DNA of 64,000 bases, taken from an uncultured virus (IMG/VR IMGVR_UViG_2643221950_000001) (Duplodnaviria; Heunggongvirae; Uroviricota; Caudoviricetes). The DNA is taken from positions 1 to 64,000 of the IMG/VR virus record IMGVR_UViG_2643221950_000001; one strand, given 5' to 3'. Of this stretch, positions 61,184 to 64,000 are shown one piece after another (positions within the stretch are counted from its first letter, which is position 1; each line of letters opens with the position of its first letter). The position numbers and the translations under genes were made by a program. Below the pieces are notes generated by a model. The model saw only the letters and a list, made by a program, of their open reading frames with translations, made no database searches and was not told where the DNA came from.

Positions 61184-64000
61184 CGATCACGACCCCTTTC
61201 GTTCCTGTCTGAAGCTCTACTTCCAGTTCGTCTACAAGCATTTGTCTAATTTTTTCGACAAGCGATTGCTGATCCTGTCCATTATGGAAATGCTGATCAC
61301 CATTGAACTGGATGGTGATTTGTTTGTTGCCTGACGTTGTTGTATTCCCAGCTGACTGAGCTGAGGTGACTTGCTGCATCTGTGATTCTGGTAAAGGAGC
61401 AGATGCATTTGATGGATCATAGACTTGCATTCCAAGTGCCTTCGCTGCCTGCGTCAATAAATATCTCCCGCGAATGCCTCTTTCTTCTGGAATAATCCAT
61501 TCGCGTTTGTTTCCTTCACCGACTCTAGCTACCTGCTCCTGAGTAATCAGCCCACCATTGGCGTAGCCTTTATAAGGACCGCCTCTTCTCATACTCCGTA
61601 ATCCCGGTGTATTGAAGACTGTTCCATATCTGCCCTTAATGTAGTTAATGGCTGCTACGGCATTATGAATTGGGTTCCAAATATCATTCATGCCCTTGCC
61701 TTTATTGGAATGGAAGGTCGGTCCAATGGTTTGCATTAACCCTTTAGAGGGCGTTCCCTTCTTGGCGTTGGAATCCCACAAGTTGATGGCTTTCGGGTTA
61801 CCATTTGATTCGTGCTGAGCGATTGTCATAAGACCTGGAAGCCAACTCATCGATGTGCCAGTCGCCATCAGAGCTGCCATGAGCCACTGCTGAACACTAA
61901 GACCTGAAGCACCCATACCGCTGAACGCTCCGATTAATGAACCCGCTTGATTTTCAGCAAACTTTTTCACATCAACTGAATCGAGCCCTTTGACGACACC
62001 GATCGATGCGAATTTCCCTAGACTCATCATGACACGCGAAGGAGAATGAATGTCTAGTTCTTCTCTAAACGCCTGTTCCACTTTCTTCGCCATTTCTTTG
62101 GCAGCTTGTGTGACTTCACTTGCTTTTGAACGCATGCCGCTATTGAAGGCGTCGATCATTCCTGAACCCCATCCTGGTGATTCTTGTTTGGCCTGCAGGA
62201 ATGGTTGTTTGACGTGTTGGTCTACGTATTGGCTTGTGCCAATTGATGTGGCATTTTGACCTGTTGCAAAGCCACTAACCGTTCCAGAACCCCAAGTTGG
62301 TGATGCTGTCATCACTTGTTGGTATGGTGCTTTTACACGACTTTGCAAAAAGCTGTCAGTTCCTGTTGGTGTCATTTGCTGGCTAGTAGCAAATGCCGAT
62401 ACCGTTTGTTGTCCGTACTTTCCTGAATCTGATGTCATTTGATTAAATGGCTGCTGAATGTTTTTTTGCTTCCATTGATCAAGTGAAACCACCTTTTGAT
62501 TCAGCCCTTGTTCAAAATCATGATTAAATTGCTCACCTATGCTGGCAGATTGGATGTTTCCATTCATTGAAACCGTTCCACCAATTGAACCGGCAGAAGC
62601 AGTTGGAGCTGCTGGAGCATTTGGCGTTATTGGAGCTGGAGAGCTAGAAACTGGACTTGCTGCTCCGCTGCTGCTTGGTACAACAGACATTCCAAGATGA
62701 GAAGCAGCTTGTGCAAGCAACATCTTCCCACGGCCCCGGTTATTTTGAGTTGGAATGACAAATTCGTTACCCGCTTCACCAATCCATGATAAGGTAGGCT
62801 GGGTGATATAGCCGCCTGTGGCTTTTTGATCAGGTTTAAAATCTTTCCGACCTTTTTCCCGACCTTTTTCAAATTTTACAATATGCCTACCAATAACTTC
62901 TGCGCCTTTACTTTTAATTAAATCCCATGTATCTCCTAAAATATTTTTACCCCAAGACTTTACATCATTCCACTTATTTGTCCACCAGTTCTTATTAAAT
63001 AGGGTAGAAGAAGCAGTTGCTTTTGCAGCTGACCAAATTGTTTTTGATTGTTCCCATTTATTTTCCGACCAATTTTTTACATCATCCCACTTCTCGCCCC
63101 ACCAATCTTTATTAAAGACAGTTTCACGGATTTTTCCTTTAATTGAGTTCCATATATTAACGGCACCATCCCATTTTTCTTTGGTCCATTTTTTTACGCT
63201 ATCCCATTTTTCTCCCCACCACTCTCCGTTAAAAACGGTCTCACCAAGTTTTTTTGTGATAGAATTCCATATCTCGACTGCACCGTCCCATTTTTCTTGC
63301 GTCCAATCCTTGATAGCATCCCATTTCTCGCTCCACCATTCTCCATTAAATACAGTAGATTCTAAAGCTCCAGTAATGTACCCGGCCTGTTCTGCCCACC
63401 ATTCTGAATTAAATAGTGTATTAGATGCTGTTGTTTTTATATCTTCCCATTTTTCACTTAAGTTCCCTAAAGATTTCTCTGCGGAGGTTTTAACACTTCC
63501 CCACTTTTCACTCCACCAATCCTCACTAAATAACGTATTTGAAATATTCTCTTTTAATTTTGAGGTATCAAATAATTCCCCAAGTTTTGACCCACCTAAA
63601 GTTCCGGCGATGCTCCCAGCAACACCCCCAACAGCAGCTCCTACAAACGGTATAGGAATTAGAGTTTGGCCTATTGCTGCTCCACTAATTCCTCCTGCAA
63701 GCCCTCCAGAGAATCCACCTACTTTTTCTCCAACGTTTTCTTTCGTTGTTCCTATCAAATCTGTAGCACTCAATAAGTTCCCCAAGATAGGCACTCTCTT
63801 TAAAAGCTGGCTACTTCCTTTTCCTATATTTTTAAGTACATCTCCTAATCCACTTAGCCCCCCACTACCTTTCATCAAGCCCGCAAGTCCGGCTACAGAG
63901 GCTACTATACCTGTGGTTTTCTTCAATCCACTAGGTACTTTTTCAAAAATCTTACCTGCACTTGTTTTAAGTTTTGCTAATCTACCTTGAGGTCTTCTAT
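61176..64000 (-). CDS. xkdO: Tape measure protein with SLT domain (5' part outside the window)
   Basis: Frame open to the window edge; Trp repeats; [16 protein letters not shown]. Confidence 0.9.
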   Translation of the reverse strand, partial: RRPQGRLAKLKTSAGKIFEKVPSGLKKTTGIVASVAGLAGLMKGSGGLSGLGDVLKNIGKGSSQLLKRVPILGNLLSATDLIGTTKENVGEKVGGFSGGLAGGISGAAIGQTLIPIPFVGAAVGGVAGSIAGTLGGSKLGELFDTSKLKENISNTLFSEDWWSEKWGSVKTSAEKSLGNLSEKWEDIKTTASNTLFNSEWWAEQAGYITGALESTVFNGEWWSEKWDAIKDWTQEKWDGAVEIWNSITKKLGETVFNGEWWGEKWDSVKKWTKEKWDGAVNIWNSIKGKIRETVFNKDWWGEKWDDVKNWSENKWEQSKTIWSAAKATASSTLFNKNWWTNKWNDVKSWGKNILGDTWDLIKSKGAEVIGRHIVKFEKGREKGRKDFKPDQKATGGYITQPTLSWIGEAGNEFVIPTQNNRGRGKMLLAQAASHLGMSVVPSSSGAASPVSSSPAPITPNAPAAPTASAGSIGGTVSMNGNIQSASIGEQFNHDFEQGLNQKVVSLDQWKQKNIQQPFNQMTSDSGKYGQQTVSAFATSQQMTPTGTDSFLQSRVKAPYQQVMTASPTWGSGTVSGFATGQNATSIGTSQYVDQHVKQPFLQAKQESPGWGSGMIDAFNSGMRSKASEVTQAAKEMAKKVEQAFREELDIHSPSRVMMSLGKFASIGVVKGLDSVDVKKFAENQAGSLIGAFSGMGASGLSVQQWLMAALMATGTSMSWLPGLMTIAQHESNGNPKAINLWDSNAKKGTPSKGLMQTIGPTFHSNKGKGMNDIWNPIHNAVAAINYIKGRYGTVFNTPGLRSMRRGGPYKGYANGGLITQEQVARVGEGNKREWIIPEERGIRGRYLLTQAAKALGMQVYDPSNASAPLPESQMQQVTSAQSAGNTTTSGNKQITIQFNGDQHFHNGQDQQSLVEKIRQMLVDELEVELQTGTKGVVIDG

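Larger units (their letters stand above)
50575..64000 (-). mobile_element. PBSX-like element, tail and lysis end (continues beyond the window)
   Basis: xkdO-P-Q-R-S-T-U, fibres, xkdW/X, holins, xlyA. Whether it is defective cannot be seen here. Confidence 0.85.

Noticed and set aside
63181..63990. 269-aa plus-strand ORF (also 10612..11268)
   Set aside because: Antisense shadows of the repetitive tape measure genes; no recognisable motifs

Overview
Bacillus chromosome, probably B. pumilus group judged from gene content (inference). The window holds two related contractile-tail phage elements in direct orientation, separated by a tRNA-Ala(GGC) gene and one secreted-protein gene. Positions 1 to about 49,890 are an apparently intact temperate prophage with skin/PBSX-type (yqa/yqb/xkd) head, tail and lysis genes. 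It also carries an ImmR/ImmA-type switch, a tyrosine integrase, replication and recombination genes, a ParB/DNA-methyltransferase cluster and several morons: a BsrH-type type I toxin-antitoxin locus, a membrane-anchored HEPN-like gene, a collagen-like spore-surface gene pair and a lipoprotein. Its left end lies outside the window. Positions 50,575-64,000 are the tail and lysis end of a PBSX-like element with three tandem tail-fibre genes. The most unusual signal is a unit that recurs four times in the lytic operons: an antisense sigma-A promoter, a 45-110 nt RNA and an intrinsic terminator. In each case the RNA covers an anti-Shine-Dalgarno stretch that can pair with the RBS of the next gene. 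The prophage also lies on the 5' side of the tRNA, and its tail fibre is a mosaic of two neighbouring PBSX fibres. All assignments are by eye; no searches were run.
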